Below are positions 49,742 through 61,324 of a stretch of 64,000 nt of DNA, piece after piece; positions within the stretch are counted from its first letter, which is position 1; each line of letters opens with the position of its first letter. The notes under the pieces are model-generated. The model worked only from the letters and a program-made list of their open reading frames with translations, made no database searches and was not told where the DNA came from. Position numbers and translations under genes: made by a program. The stretch is from Thermodesulfobacteriota bacterium (lineage in GTDB: Bacteria; Desulfobacterota; Desulfobulbia; Desulfobulbales; SURF-16): assembly GCA_040755455.1 (NCBI GenBank), contig JBFMAY010000015.1, positions 1-64,000 of the forward strand. The letters run 5' to 3'.

Positions 49742-52700
49742 AAGGAATCGGCATTTCAGGCCACATCGCCAAGGCGTTCATCAAATCAAAGCTGACGCCG
49801 CTCATCGTGCTCGCCTCCCTGCTGCTCGGCGTGTTTGCCGTGGTGATCACCTCCCGGGAAGAGGAGCCGCAGATCGTCGTGCCCATGATTGATGTCATCG
49901 TCAGCTATCCCGGGGCCACGGCCAAGGAGGTGGAAGAGCGGGTCACCAAGCCCATGGAGAAGTTTCTGTGGGAGATCAAGGGGGTGGAATATATCTATTC
50001 CATCGTCAAGCCCGGCATGAACCTGACCATTGTCCGTTTCTATGTGGGCGAGGACATGGAGAAGAGCCTCGTCAATCTGCACACCAAGCTCATGTCCCAC
50101 TATGACCGGATTCCCGCCGGCGTGTCCCAGCCCCTGGTCAAGCCCAAGTCCATTGACGATGTGCCGATCCTGACCCTGACCCTGTGGAGTCAAGGGGCAC
50201 AGTATTCCGGCTATGAATTGCGGCGCGTTGCCGTGGAGGTGGCCGACGAGCTGAAGAAGGACATGGACGTCTCGGAGTTCTCGGTGATCGGCGGACAAAA
50301 ACGGCAGGTGCGGGTTGCCCTTGATCCGGCCCGGCTCCGGGCTTACCACATCCCAGCCATCCAGATCATGCAGACCCTGCAGCAGGCCAATTTCGTCCTG
50401 CCTGCCGGCTCCTTTCCGGCCAGTAACGGGGAGTTCCTGGTTGAAACCGGGGGATTTCTGGAAAATATCGAGGATGTGGGCCGGGTGGTGGTGGCGGTGG
50501 CCGATAATCGTCCCGTCTATCTGCGGGATGTGGCCGATTTGTCCGACGGGCCGGAGGAGCCGGCTGACTATGTGTTCATGGGCAGCGGTCCGGCGGCCGC
50601 CGCCAAGGCGCTGCCGTTGCTTACCGGTCCGCGGGAGGCGGTGACCATCGCCGTGTCCAAGAAAAAAGGGGCCAACGCCAGCACAGTGGCCAGCGCGGCC
50701 CTGGCCAAGATCGAGCAGCTGCGCGGCGGCACCCTGCCCAGCGACATCCAGGTGACGGTTACCCGCAATTACGGCGATACGGCAAAGGAGAAGTCCAACG
50801 AGCTGCTGGACCATATGCTCATCGCCACCATCTCGGTCATCATCCTCATGGCGCTGACCCTGGGCTGGCGCGAGTCCCTGGTGGTCGCCGTGGCGGTGCC
50901 GGTGACCCTGGCCCTGACCCTGTTGATCAACTATCTCTATGGCTACACCTTAAACCGGGTCACCCTGTTCGCGCTGATCTTCTCCATCGGTATTCTGGTG
51001 GATGACGCCATCGTGGTGGTGGAGAATATCCACCGCCATTTCAAGCTGCATGGGGTCAGCGCGCAGACCGCGGTGCTGGCGGTGGATGAGGTGGGCAGTC
51101 CCACCATACTCGCCACCTTTGCCGTCATCTTCGCCCTGCTGCCCATGGCCTTTGTCCGGGGCCTGATGGGACCCTATATGCGGCCCATCCCGGTGGGGGC
51201 CTCGGCCGCCATGCTTTTTTCCCTGCTGGTGGCCTTTATCGTCAGTCCCTGGCTCAGCTACAAGGTGCTCAGAAATGTGCAAAGCGACGGGCCGGGAGAA
51301 CAAGAAACCGGCTGGCTGCATGATCTCTATGAGCGCATCCTCGGCCCGCTGCTTGATAACCGCGTTAAACGCCTGCTCGTGCTGGTCGTGGTCGCAGGCC
51401 TGCTCTTCCTGGCCATGCTGTTGGTGCCCTTCAAGGGGGTAACCGTCAAGATGCTGCCCTTTGACAACAAGAGCGAACTGCAGGTGATCATCGACATGCC
51501 GGAAGGGGTGAGCCTGGAGCGGACGGCCGCCCTGGCGCGGGAGATGGGCGATTATCTGCAGACCGTGCCGGAGGTGACTGATTTCCAGACATACGTCGGC
51601 ACGGCCGCGCCCTACAACTTCAACGGCCTGGTGCGTCATTATTTTCTGCGCAACGCCGGCAACATGGCGGACATCCAGGTGAATTTCGTGGGTAAAAGCC
51701 AGCGCAAGCTGCAGAGCCATGACCTGGCCAAACGGCTGCGGCCCTCGCTCAAGGAGATCGGCGACCGCTATGGCGCCCGCATCAAGGTGGCGGAAATCCC
51801 GCCCGGCCCGCCGGTGCTCAGCACCTTGGTGGCCGAGGTCTATGGCCCGGACACGGAGCGGCAGGTCGAGATAGCCAGGGAGATCAGGAATATCTTCGAG
51901 ACCACCGACGGGGTGGTTGATATCGACTGGTTCGTGGAGGATGACCAGCCCAAGATCATCTTTACCGTGGACAAGGAAAAGGCGGCATACCATGGCATCA
52001 GCACGGCGGTGGTGGCCCAGACCCTGCGCATGGCTTTGGGCGGCACGGCGGCCGGGCTGGTGCATTATGAAAAGGAGAAGGAGGCGGTGGAGCTGCTGCT
52101 GCGCGCCGCCCTGCCTGACCGGGCCAGCCTCGCCGGGCTGCAGGAGATGACCGTGCCGGCCGCCGACGGCTCGCTCATCCCCCTTGCCGCCCTGGTGCGC
52201 ATCAGCCAGGGGACGGAAAACAAGACCATCTATCATAAGAATCTCAAAAGGGTGACCTATGTCACCGGCGATGTGGCGGGCACCATCGAAAGTCCGGTCT
52301 ACGCCATCCTGGAGATGAAGGAGCGGATCCGGCAGCTCCCCTTGAAGGAGGGCTATGAACTGCACCAGTATTCGGCCGTGCAGCCGTGGCTGGAGACCCG
52401 GTACGCCATGAAGTGGGACGGCGAGTGGCACATCACCTATGAGGTCTTCCGTGATCTGGGCATTGCCTTTGCCGCAGTGCTGGTGCTGATCTATATCCTG
52501 GTGGTGGCCTGGTTTCGCAGCTTTGTCACCCCCCTGGTGATCATGGCCCCCATTCCGTTGACCCTGGTGGGCATTCTGCCGGGCCACTGGCTGTTCGGCG
52601 CCTTTTTCACCGCCACCTCCATGATCGGTTTTATCGCCCTGTCCGGCATCATCGTCCGCAACTCCATCCTGCTGGTGGATTTTGTTCAGATGGAATGGCA

Positions 52701-52974
52701 GAGCCGGGGTTCGCTGCGCACGGCCCTGATCACCGCCGGCGCGGTGCGGCTGCGGCCCATCGTGCTCACGGCCCTGGCTGTGGTGGTCGGCTCGTTTGTC
52801 ATGATTTTTGATCCGATCTTCCAGGGATTGGCCATTGCCATGATGTTCGGAGCGGTGGCCGCCACAGCCCTGACGCTGATTGCCGTGCCCCTGCTCTATT
52901 TCGAGTTCTTCCGCAACCGGCCGTGTCCGCTGGCAGGGGAAGAGGAGGCGCAGCAGGAAACAAACGGCAAGTGA
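49738..52974 (+). CDS. RND efflux permease (AcrB/AcrD/AcrF family)
   Basis: [42 protein letters not shown]. Confidence 0.93.
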   Translation: MKGIGISGHIAKAFIKSKLTPLIVLASLLLGVFAVVITSREEEPQIVVPMIDVIVSYPGATAKEVEERVTKPMEKFLWEIKGVEYIYSIVKPGMNLTIVRFYVGEDMEKSLVNLHTKLMSHYDRIPAGVSQPLVKPKSIDDVPILTLTLWSQGAQYSGYELRRVAVEVADELKKDMDVSEFSVIGGQKRQVRVALDPARLRAYHIPAIQIMQTLQQANFVLPAGSFPASNGEFLVETGGFLENIEDVGRVVVAVADNRPVYLRDVADLSDGPEEPADYVFMGSGPAAAAKALPLLTGPREAVTIAVSKKKGANASTVASAALAKIEQLRGGTLPSDIQVTVTRNYGDTAKEKSNELLDHMLIATISVIILMALTLGWRESLVVAVAVPVTLALTLLINYLYGYTLNRVTLFALIFSIGILVDDAIVVVENIHRHFKLHGVSAQTAVLAVDEVGSPTILATFAVIFALLPMAFVRGLMGPYMRPIPVGASAAMLFSLLVAFIVSPWLSYKVLRNVQSDGPGEQETGWLHDLYERILGPLLDNRVKRLLVLVVVAGLLFLAMLLVPFKGVTVKMLPFDNKSELQVIIDMPEGVSLERTAALAREMGDYLQTVPEVTDFQTYVGTAAPYNFNGLVRHYFLRNAGNMADIQVNFVGKSQRKLQSHDLAKRLRPSLKEIGDRYGARIKVAEIPPGPPVLSTLVAEVYGPDTERQVEIAREIRNIFETTDGVVDIDWFVEDDQPKIIFTVDKEKAAYHGISTAVVAQTLRMALGGTAAGLVHYEKEKEAVELLLRAALPDRASLAGLQEMTVPAADGSLIPLAALVRISQGTENKTIYHKNLKRVTYVTGDVAGTIESPVYAILEMKERIRQLPLKEGYELHQYSAVQPWLETRYAMKWDGEWHITYEVFRDLGIAFAAVLVLIYILVVAWFRSFVTPLVIMAPIPLTLVGILPGHWLFGAFFTATSMIGFIALSGIIVRNSILLVDFVQMEWQSRGSLRTALITAGAVRLRPIVLTALAVVVGSFVMIFDPIFQGLAIAMMFGAVAATALTLIAVPLLYFEFFRNRPCPLAGEEEAQQETNGK

Positions 52975-53068
52975 AATTTGTGAAGTTTTCTCAATTCAAC
53001 GAGATACAGGAAATCGGCAAGTTGAGCTGTCAGAAAAAGTTCTTTACTGAAGAAAGGAGGGTAGGTGA

Positions 53069-53488
53069 ATGATGAGATCCGGCGGGAAATTTGCCATGCT
53101 GCTCGCGCTGGCGGCTCTGGTTTTGATGGGTGCTTATCCGTTGCACGCCGTGGAGGTGGTCCATTATAAATTCCTGGTGGACTCGGAGGATGCGCAAAAA
53201 TGTGTCGACTGCCATTACGGGCAGGAGAATGATTCCAAGACCAGTCGCTGTCCGAAAAGTTGCATGGTTGATCCGGGATCGTCCCATCCGGTTGCCAAGA
53301 AATATCCGCCGCGCGGCAAGGAAAAGGAATATATCTCCCTCAAGGAGCTCAGGGAGACCGGTCTTATCAAACTGCAGGATGGCAAGATAACCTGTATCTC
53401 CTGTCATGATGTGGCCAACAATATCCCTTATCATACGGTGGTGGAAGACAGGGGCACCCAGCTGTGCAGGCTGTGTCATATCCGCTGA
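53069..53488 (+). CDS. Small periplasmic triheme c-type cytochrome
   Basis: RBS AAGGAGG; signal peptide; CVDCH, CISCH, CRLCH; SHPV. Confidence 0.85.
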   Translation: MMRSGGKFAMLLALAALVLMGAYPLHAVEVVHYKFLVDSEDAQKCVDCHYGQENDSKTSRCPKSCMVDPGSSHPVAKKYPPRGKEKEYISLKELRETGLIKLQDGKITCISCHDVANNIPYHTVVEDRGTQLCRLCHIR

Positions 53489-53532
53489 AGTGATGAATGT
53501 GCCAGGAGAATTCGTGACTGGCGAGGTGCCGG

Positions 53533-53967
53533 TTACTTGACTGAAAGAAATGTGTCGTCAATGTTGGCCACATATTTACTGTATTTCATGTCCGACGTGA
53601 GGATATGGTCCATGAGCCAATCCTTGAGGAATTGGCCGATTTCCGGCAGGGCCTCCCTGCCGTAACTGCTCCAGTTTTCACAGTGGCGGAAGATGTCTTC
53701 CGTGAGCTTTTCATGCTGCCTGATATGGGAATTGAGCTGTTCGGCGGGAAATCGTGCTATCTCCATCAGTTTTTCTTCATCCCGGAAGTGTATTTCCGCG
53801 TACTGGACCAGCCGGTTCAGGATAGTATAGGCCACCTTTGGGCCCTCTCTTCTGGCAACGGCCTGGTTGAAGTCATTGATGATTTTTATCAGATGCTGAT
53901 GCTGATGATCAAGGTAGCTCGAGCGTACGCTGAAATCGCTGTTCCATATGATCTTATCCATTTTCAT
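53533..53967 (-). CDS. Bacteriohemerythrin
   Basis: W...F, D.QH, HFRDEE, H...H, WL..HI...D. Confidence 0.9.
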   Translation of the reverse strand: MKMDKIIWNSDFSVRSSYLDHQHQHLIKIINDFNQAVARREGPKVAYTILNRLVQYAEIHFRDEEKLMEIARFPAEQLNSHIRQHEKLTEDIFRHCENWSSYGREALPEIGQFLKDWLMDHILTSDMKYSKYVANIDDTFLSVK

Positions 53968-54153
53968 TGCCTGCCTTCAGGCTTTTGCCGCGCCGCCGCC
54001 ATCGCCGCCGCAGGGCAACCCGTTTGTTGTATTAGTGCTCAGCGCTTGTTAAGCGCTTGCCCGTCAATGGCAGAGGCGCGGTTTGCTTTCTTCCGGACTG
54101 CAGGAGATTCACTCTGTTTCCCGGAAAGAAAAGGGGGGAGAAAAGGCCGATGG

Positions 54154-56229
54154 TCACATTGCCTTGCCGGGTCCCAGGGCAAGGCGAAGCTGGCGGGCCA
54201 GTTCGCTGGGCTGAAAAGGTTTCTGCAGGACGGTCACTCCCTGCTGTTGGGACTGGGCGTGAAATTCCTGATCAGATGCATAGCCGGTTATGAATATGAC
54301 AGGCAGTTCCGGCCGTATTTCCTTGATGAGCGCTGACATGGCCGGCCCTCCCATTCCCGGCATGACAATATCGGTGAGCACCAGGTCGATAGCCGTTGTG
54401 TTTTCCTTGAACAGAGCCAGGCCCTCATTGCCATTGGCCGCAACCACCACCGTGTAGCCCAGGTCGGTCAAGGATGCCCGGATCATATCCCGCACCGCCA
54501 GGTCGTCTTCCACCAGCAGAATCGTTTCCTGGCCGCCGACCATCTCGTCAACAGGTTTATCGGGCTCCTCGATATCAACAAGAACCCGCCTTGCCTTGGG
54601 CAGATAGATATGAAAAGAGCTTCCCGTGCCCTGCTGGGTTTCCACCCTGATATGGCCGTTGTGCTGCCTGACGATACCATGAACGGTCGCCAGGCCCATA
54701 CCCGTGCCTTTCCCCTGTTCCTTGGTGGTGAAAAACGGGTCAAAAATCATCTTCAGTGTTTCCTGGTCAATCCCCTGTCCATTATCGATTACGGACAGCA
54801 CAATATACGAACCACTGAAAGGGAGATGGTCAATATTGTTTATGGGAGAAGCAAGCTCCGCATGGCTGGTCCTGATGATGACCCGGCCGTTCTTCCGCAG
54901 CGCGTCCCTGGCGTTGACCACTAAATTCAACAGCACCTGTTCCATCTGGCCGATGTCTGCCTCAACGGCGCAGACTTCGGAGCACAGATCAAAGCGCAGC
55001 TCCACATCTTCCCGGATAAGCCGCATCAGCATTTTGGCGAAATCCTTGATAACCGTGTTCAGATTGATAATCCGGGTTTCCATAACCTGTTTGCGGCTGA
55101 AGGCCAGAATCTGGCGGATGAGGTTCGCCGCGCGCCGGGCGCTTTTATCGATCTCCTCCAGACAGGACTGCAGAGGATGGTCCGGCCCGATACAGGAATG
55201 GGCAAGCTCGCTATAACCCATGATGGGCGTGAGAATATTGTTCATGTCATGGGCCAGACCGCCAGCCAGGGTTCCCAGGGCCTCAAGCTTCTGAGTGTGG
55301 CGTATCTGGGCCTCAAGCACCTTTTTCTCCTTCTCGCCTTGAATGCGGGCCGTGATATCCCGGTCGATACCCCTGAAGCCTGTCACCTGGCCGTCCTCAT
55401 CAAGAACCGGCCTGCCGCTGGATTCAATGACCACAATCCCGCCATCCTTGTGCAGGCACCGGTGTTCAATAGTCTCAAAACTGACGGCCGCTTTGGCGCT
55501 GTTGGAGAAAATCTGCTCATAATCGCAGCTGTCTTGTTCCTCAGCGCGGAGAGCGGCAAACATGTTTTTCCCCAGCAGTTCCTCGGGCGTAAAACCGAAA
55601 AGCCGCTCGGAAACCGGCGAGCAGTAAATCAATGTGCCCTGCCGGTCCGCTTCCCATACCCAGTCGCTGGTGGTTTCCACCAGGGAACGGAAGCGGGCCT
55701 CGGATTGGCTCAGGGCATTGCGCTGCCTGGCTTCCCGGCAGCCGATATTCCATTTTTCCGTGAGCGACAGGGCCAGTTGTCTGAGTTCTTCGGCGTCAAA
55801 GGGTTTACGGATAAAAAGAAATTTTGACGGCGTGCCCAGAGCCTGGGCGATCTCGGACCGTGAACGATCGGAGAAGGCCGTGACGATTACGATTTCAACC
55901 AGAGGATCAACACGACGGATATGGGCGGCAGTCTCCACCCCATCCCAGCCGGGCGGCATGCGGATATCAAGAAAGATAACAGCAAAGGGCGCGCGCCGTT
56001 TGTTGGCTTCCAGAACCAGTCGGTACCCTTCCTGCCCCTGGCTGGCAAAAGAGAGGGTAAAGCGTTTTTCCTCGCCGGTTGATTTCCCGCCATGCTGTTC
56101 AATCAGGCTCGTGATCTGACCCAGCGGAGAATCTGAAGAAAGCGGTTTCGGCGCCAGCACCTCCTGATAGGCTTGCCAGATCTGCCGATCATCATCTATA
56201 ACAAGTATTCTGTCGTTATCCGTCAGCAT
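54154..56229 (-). CDS. Hybrid sensor kinase (REC-PAS-HisKA-HATPase-REC)
   Basis: [44 protein letters not shown]-terminal TDIVMP. Confidence 0.92.
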   Translation of the reverse strand: MLTDNDRILVIDDDRQIWQAYQEVLAPKPLSSDSPLGQITSLIEQHGGKSTGEEKRFTLSFASQGQEGYRLVLEANKRRAPFAVIFLDIRMPPGWDGVETAAHIRRVDPLVEIVIVTAFSDRSRSEIAQALGTPSKFLFIRKPFDAEELRQLALSLTEKWNIGCREARQRNALSQSEARFRSLVETTSDWVWEADRQGTLIYCSPVSERLFGFTPEELLGKNMFAALRAEEQDSCDYEQIFSNSAKAAVSFETIEHRCLHKDGGIVVIESSGRPVLDEDGQVTGFRGIDRDITARIQGEKEKKVLEAQIRHTQKLEALGTLAGGLAHDMNNILTPIMGYSELAHSCIGPDHPLQSCLEEIDKSARRAANLIRQILAFSRKQVMETRIINLNTVIKDFAKMLMRLIREDVELRFDLCSEVCAVEADIGQMEQVLLNLVVNARDALRKNGRVIIRTSHAELASPINNIDHLPFSGSYIVLSVIDNGQGIDQETLKMIFDPFFTTKEQGKGTGMGLATVHGIVRQHNGHIRVETQQGTGSSFHIYLPKARRVLVDIEEPDKPVDEMVGGQETILLVEDDLAVRDMIRASLTDLGYTVVVAANGNEGLALFKENTTAIDLVLTDIVMPGMGGPAMSALIKEIRPELPVIFITGYASDQEFHAQSQQQGVTVLQKPFQPSELARQLRLALGPGKAM

Positions 56230-58009
56230 GATTTTCTTCTTTCAATCCAGGGGCGAGCGGCAGCCGGATGACAAATTCGGCTCCCTGCCCTGGGCCGTCA
56301 CTGTTTGCCGTAATGGTGCCTTGATTGGCGATAATATAATTGGCGCAGGAATGCAGCCCAAAGCCTGATCCCGTGCGTTTGGTAGAGTAGCCGAAGGTGA
56401 AGAGTTTTTCCCGGTCCTCCGCTTTGAACCCGCAACCTGAGTCCTTGATGCGGCAGACCACCTGGCCCGGCTCTCCCGGCTGAAAAGCAGTGGCTATGGC
56501 CAGCCGTCTGCTTTCCGGCGCCGTCTCTTCCATGGCCTCAAAGGCGTTTTTGATGATATTGATCAGAATCTGCAGCAGTTTGGGCTCCTCGGCCCGTATC
56601 AGCGGCAACTGACCCAACTCGGTCGTTACCTTTATCTGCCGCTTCAGCAGGGAGTCTTCCAGCATCTCCAGGGCATCGGTCACCAGCTGATTGAAGCTGA
56701 TATCGGCAAAATTGCCCACCAGCCGGGCATAGCGCATCTGCAGGGCAATAATGGCTTCCACATGCTCATGCTTGTCCTTCACCTTTTTGATTTCATCAAT
56801 GCATTGATCGTACTCCTGCCGGATACTCTCCGGCAGGAGAGAAATAATGCCGCCAAATCGTTTTTTATCATCGGCGGACAACGCGCCGTCGCGGTCAATC
56901 ACCTGGCCAAGGGGCGCCAGCGCGGCAGTCAAACCGGTGCGCAGCGGACTTTCCTCAAGTTTTTTTATAAGCAGAGAGAGGCCGATGTGGGCCGGAGTGA
57001 TGGCATTGCCGATATTGTGCAGCACCCCCACCGCCATTTCCGCCATTCCCGCCTCATGGGCCTGTTGCACCAGGGAAGCCTGAGCCTGCTCAAGATCCCT
57101 GGTGCGCGCCGCCACCTTATCCTCAAGGGATCGGCTGTATTCCTGCAGTTGATGGTACGAATCCCGCAATTGGCGGGTCATGCTGTTAAATGACCGGGAA
57201 AGGGTGAAGAACTCATCGCAGGCTATTCTGTTAACATGAATTTCGTGTTCCAGATCACCTTCCGCCACCTGTTTGACCCCGGCATTCAGGACATCGATGG
57301 AGCGGACAATGGATCGGGTGGCAAAAAGCGCCACCCCGGTGCCAAGCATGAAAAACAGGGCCATGGTGGAATAGAGATAGAGCTTGAACTGCTGCAATCT
57401 TGCCGCCCATTCCTGACGGACAAAGCCGATTTCCTGGTCAAGTTTGGCCAGGGAATGGCCGCAGCGCATGCTTCCCCAAAGCTGGCCTCCGCTATAGACC
57501 GGCACAATCACCTCCAGAACTTTCGCGCTCTTCCGGACGTGGTATGAAACAGGCTGATCCTTGGGCAGATAATCAGGAAATTTTTCATCAGGCGGCTCTG
57601 CGGTGATCTTTTTTTCCTCGGCGGGCAACTGGTCAAGGTGTTTACTCTCCTCGCGCACCACAATATGCCGATCCCGGTCGGCGATGAGACAATAGAGGAT
57701 TTCCGGATCATTTTCCACCATCTGGCCGGCCATGTTGGACAGCAGGCTGAAGTCGAAACCCGCCACGGCCTCGCCTGCGCTCAGGCTGAGATTGCGGGCC
57801 AGGGTAACGGCCCGGCTTTCCTGGGCATCGTTCATCTGATTGATGGTGCGTTGCAGCTGCGTGTCACGGAAGCGGGCCGACTCCTGCATAAAACGAAAGC
57901 CGGCCGCTGGAAAAAGTAGACAGAGGATGATCACATTCATCATAATGAGATAAACCCGGATCGATAACCTGCGGCTCTTTATTTTTGTCATGGTTTCGAG
58001 AGGTTCCAT
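56216..58009 (-). CDS. Membrane HAMP-containing sensor histidine kinase
   Basis: Two TM segments, HAMP, GVLHNIGNA H-box, KNAFEA, DSGCG, GSGFGLH. Confidence 0.9.
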   Translation of the reverse strand: MEPLETMTKIKSRRLSIRVYLIMMNVIILCLLFPAAGFRFMQESARFRDTQLQRTINQMNDAQESRAVTLARNLSLSAGEAVAGFDFSLLSNMAGQMVENDPEILYCLIADRDRHIVVREESKHLDQLPAEEKKITAEPPDEKFPDYLPKDQPVSYHVRKSAKVLEVIVPVYSGGQLWGSMRCGHSLAKLDQEIGFVRQEWAARLQQFKLYLYSTMALFFMLGTGVALFATRSIVRSIDVLNAGVKQVAEGDLEHEIHVNRIACDEFFTLSRSFNSMTRQLRDSYHQLQEYSRSLEDKVAARTRDLEQAQASLVQQAHEAGMAEMAVGVLHNIGNAITPAHIGLSLLIKKLEESPLRTGLTAALAPLGQVIDRDGALSADDKKRFGGIISLLPESIRQEYDQCIDEIKKVKDKHEHVEAIIALQMRYARLVGNFADISFNQLVTDALEMLEDSLLKRQIKVTTELGQLPLIRAEEPKLLQILINIIKNAFEAMEETAPESRRLAIATAFQPGEPGQVVCRIKDSGCGFKAEDREKLFTFGYSTKRTGSGFGLHSCANYIIANQGTITANSDGPGQGAEFVIRLPLAPGLKEENHADG

Positions 58010-58168
58010 TCATTAAGCATACAGGGATTTGAGCAGGGAAAGCAAATAAAACTCAATGGTCAGACAAAAAATGCGGAGCGTCCAGGTTTGCCGGCATTCT
58101 CTGCTGAACCGTTTATTGCCACGGGATTATTTTTTTCACGGGAAAAGTGTATGTTTTCACATGGGGAA

Positions 58169-58197
58169 TTGACAATTTATCTCAGGGAGTTCATGAT
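58169..58197 (+). promoter_or_regulatory. Possible sigma-70 promoter of the TonB receptor operon
   Basis: TTGACA-N17-CATGAT. Confidence 0.4.
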
Positions 58198-58231
58198 AAA
58201 ATAATTCATTTTATATTATTAGGAGAAATAA

Positions 58232-60421
58232 TTGGAGAGAGGGAAAATTTTGAAAAAAGGTTGTACGACCGGCATTTTGGCCATGCTGCTGATGGTTCCG
58301 GCCACGCTGCGGGCCGCAGACCCTGATGAAGCAAACATCACGGCTTTTGAAGAGATGTTCGGGGAGCATCTCCAGGAAGAGGATGTCTACCGGGCTGACC
58401 GTCTGCTGATAACAGCCACCGGCAGCCTCAAGCCGGTTCATCTGGCGCCCTCGGTGGCGTCGGTGATCACCAAAGAGGACATTGAAGAAATGGGTGCCAC
58501 TACTCTTGACGAGGTGCTGGAAACGGTACCCGGGCTGCATGTGGGAATAGGGACCACAGGTCTGGCCGGCTCACCAATCTATTCAATCCGCGGCATCCAT
58601 ACCGTTTTTAATCCACAGCTTCTCCTGCTGATTGACGGTATTCCCCATACCCTGGCGCAAACCGGCTCACGGCCATATCAATTCCGGATGCCCGTGGCCA
58701 ATATCTCGCGCATCGAGGTGGTGCGGGGACCGGGCTCCGCGGTACACGGGGCGGATGCCTTTGCCGGCACCATCAATATCATCACCAAGGATGGCCAGGA
58801 GATTGGCGGCACGCAAACGGGGGTAAGGGGGGGATCCTTCGACACCTATGATGCCTGGCTGCAGCATGGCGGCAACTATGGCGGTTGGGATCTTGCGGGG
58901 AGCCTTGAATATGTTACCTCCCAGGGAGATGATGACCGGATTGTCGGGGAGGATCTGCAGACCATATTTGATAATGCCTTCAGAACCGCCGCCTCCTTGG
59001 CACCCGGCCCCATGGATACGGATAAAAGGATCTTCGACGGTCATATCAGCGCACGAAAGGACAACTGGACGGCCCGGTTCTGGACCTATGCCCATGACGA
59101 TACCGGACTAGGGACAGGGGTTTCCCAGACTTTGTCACCGGACAGCTATGCGGATGGAGAATGGTACCAGGGTGAAATTAATTATCATAACGACAAGTTG
59201 CGCCGTGACTGGGCACTTGATCTCCGCTTCTATTATATTTACAGTTACAATTATTCCTATCTGACGATTCTGCCCCCGGGAACGGTATTGCCTATCGGGG
59301 CGGACGGTAACCTGGACACGCTTAATCCCGTCGGACTGACTACTTTTACAAACGGGTACATCGGTAGTCCGTACCAGATTGATCAACATCTCGCCGGGGA
59401 AACCGCGCTTTTTTATTCCGGTTTCAACCAGCATCTCGTCCGTTTTGGAACCGGCTATAAATATATCAAGGAAGATACGGAAGAATATAAGAATTTCGGT
59501 CCCGGCGTCATCAATGGCACTGAGAGTGTGGTGGACGGCACTCTCACCAATGTAACGGACACCGCCTATGTCTATCAGCCTGAGGAAGATCGTAAAATCA
59601 CCTTTCTCTCTCTGCAGGATGAGTGGGCCTTTGTTCGCAACTGGGAGCTTACGGCGGGGGTAAGGTATGACAATTATTCCGATTTCGGCAATACCGTTAA
59701 CCCTCGTCTGGCCCTGGTCTGGCAGACCCGTGCTGATCTAACCAGCAAACTGCTTTATGGGCGCGCCTTCCGGCCTCCTTCCTTTGCCGAGTTATATGCG
59801 CAGAATAACCCGACGGCGACTGGTAACCCTGATCTTGATCCTGAAACCATTGACACCCTGGAGCTGGCCTTTGACTATCAGCCTCTCGTGAATTTGCGGA
59901 CAATAGTCAATGTTTTTGCCTATGAGATAAATGATCTCATCGATTATGTCCGTCCGCCAGGCGAGGTGAATAGTATCGCCCAGAATGCCAAGGACCAGAA
60001 AGGGCATGGTTTTGAACTGGAAGCGGATTGGCAGGCGACCAAGACCATTCGTTTGCGCGGCAATTTTGCCTACCAGAGAGCCAAAGACAAGGAGACAGAC
60101 CAGCTCATCCATGACGCGCCCGGCATGCAGTTCTATGTCAATGCCCACTGGCAGTTCCAGTCGGACTGGTCCCTGGATGGCCAGTATTTCTGGATTGCTG
60201 ACCGCCACCGTGCGGCAGGGGACCTGCGAGAGGATATCGATGACTACGACCTGGTCAATATGACTCTCAGGAGAAAGAATATCTTCATGAACCTGGATGC
60301 CGCCCTGGCCGTGCGCAACCTCTTTGACGAGGACGCGCGGGAGCCGGGCCTTGCCACCCAGCCGAATGACTATCCGTTGGAAGGCCGAAGTTTCTGGGCT
60401 GAGCTACGTTACTCTTTCTAG
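58232..60421 (+). CDS. TonB-dependent outer-membrane receptor
   Basis: Plug APS..SVIT..DI, VPG, IRG, RIEVVRGPGS..GADA..G.INIITK; GNPDL.PE; C-terminal GRSFWAELRYSF. Confidence 0.92.
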   Translation: MERGKILKKGCTTGILAMLLMVPATLRAADPDEANITAFEEMFGEHLQEEDVYRADRLLITATGSLKPVHLAPSVASVITKEDIEEMGATTLDEVLETVPGLHVGIGTTGLAGSPIYSIRGIHTVFNPQLLLLIDGIPHTLAQTGSRPYQFRMPVANISRIEVVRGPGSAVHGADAFAGTINIITKDGQEIGGTQTGVRGGSFDTYDAWLQHGGNYGGWDLAGSLEYVTSQGDDDRIVGEDLQTIFDNAFRTAASLAPGPMDTDKRIFDGHISARKDNWTARFWTYAHDDTGLGTGVSQTLSPDSYADGEWYQGEINYHNDKLRRDWALDLRFYYIYSYNYSYLTILPPGTVLPIGADGNLDTLNPVGLTTFTNGYIGSPYQIDQHLAGETALFYSGFNQHLVRFGTGYKYIKEDTEEYKNFGPGVINGTESVVDGTLTNVTDTAYVYQPEEDRKITFLSLQDEWAFVRNWELTAGVRYDNYSDFGNTVNPRLALVWQTRADLTSKLLYGRAFRPPSFAELYAQNNPTATGNPDLDPETIDTLELAFDYQPLVNLRTIVNVFAYEINDLIDYVRPPGEVNSIAQNAKDQKGHGFELEADWQATKTIRLRGNFAYQRAKDKETDQLIHDAPGMQFYVNAHWQFQSDWSLDGQYFWIADRHRAAGDLREDIDDYDLVNMTLRRKNIFMNLDAALAVRNLFDEDAREPGLATQPNDYPLEGRSFWAELRYSF

Positions 60422-60481
60422 TGATAAGAGGATGCGAAGCGATACTGTGTTCGATCCGGGGTGTCGATGGGGGACTATTTC

Positions 60482-61324
60482 ATGCCGAAGATGAAAGACA
60501 AGGTCCAAAAACGCCAGGTGAAATTCGTCAGCCGCAGCGTCACCAGAATATGGGATGAGCAGGCCTCTGAGCACAATCCTTTTCTGGCCGAGCACTGTCG
60601 CTGTTATGGTTATGACCTGTTGGAGCTCATGCGAAAGTGTAGTTTCCCCGAGGTATTGTATCTTCTTTTCCGTGGCGAGTTGCCCACAGGGGAGCAGGCG
60701 CGATTACTTGAGACATTGATGATCGCCTTTATCAACCCCGGGCCTCGACATCCGGCCACCAGGGCGGCCATGTATGCCGGGGTCGGTAAAACCAATACCT
60801 CCCGCATCCTGCCTATTGCTTCCTCTGTTTTAGGGGGCGCACATCTCGGTAGCGAGGAGGTGGAAGCTGCAATGCTCTTTATCAAGCGCCATTACAGATT
60901 CGCTCCATCACGCATTACCGGTGATCTCATAGACGGATTAGCAGAAGGAGAAGAAAGGCAAGGGGATTTTCATGTCGCCCCGGGATTTGGCAGCCGGTTC
61001 GGCGGGATTGATCCCCTCCCTCAGAAGATTGCGGCCATGCTGGCTGGTATGTCTGCAGGCGCATCCGCTTTGCAATGGGGATGTTCTCTGGTTGAAAAAT
61101 TAACCCCTTATAAAATGGGCTGGCTGGTTCCGGGTGTTGCCGCAGCGGTATTAGTCGACCTGGGCTTTCTCCCTCAGGCAGGCGCGGGGTTATTCCAGCT
61201 GATATGTTCTCCGGGCTTGTTGGCGCATGGTCTTGAGCTGGCCGGTCCCTATACCCCCATTACCGCTATGCCTTTTCTGGATGAGGACCATTATATCATT
61301 GAACCGGAAGCACGAAAAAGATGA
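60482..61324 (+). CDS. Citrate synthase/citryl-CoA lyase-fold protein 1 (catalytic motifs degenerate)
   Basis: YGYDLLEL...SF.EVLYLLFRGELP, G.HLG, PGFG...DP, GLLAH..E. Confidence 0.7.
   Translation: MPKMKDKVQKRQVKFVSRSVTRIWDEQASEHNPFLAEHCRCYGYDLLELMRKCSFPEVLYLLFRGELPTGEQARLLETLMIAFINPGPRHPATRAAMYAGVGKTNTSRILPIASSVLGGAHLGSEEVEAAMLFIKRHYRFAPSRITGDLIDGLAEGEERQGDFHVAPGFGSRFGGIDPLPQKIAAMLAGMSAGASALQWGCSLVEKLTPYKMGWLVPGVAAAVLVDLGFLPQAGAGLFQLICSPGLLAHGLELAGPYTPITAMPFLDEDHYIIEPEARKR

Noticed and set aside
58195..58213. Fur box before the TonB receptor
   Set aside because: About 12/19 match in AT-rich DNA; too weak to call
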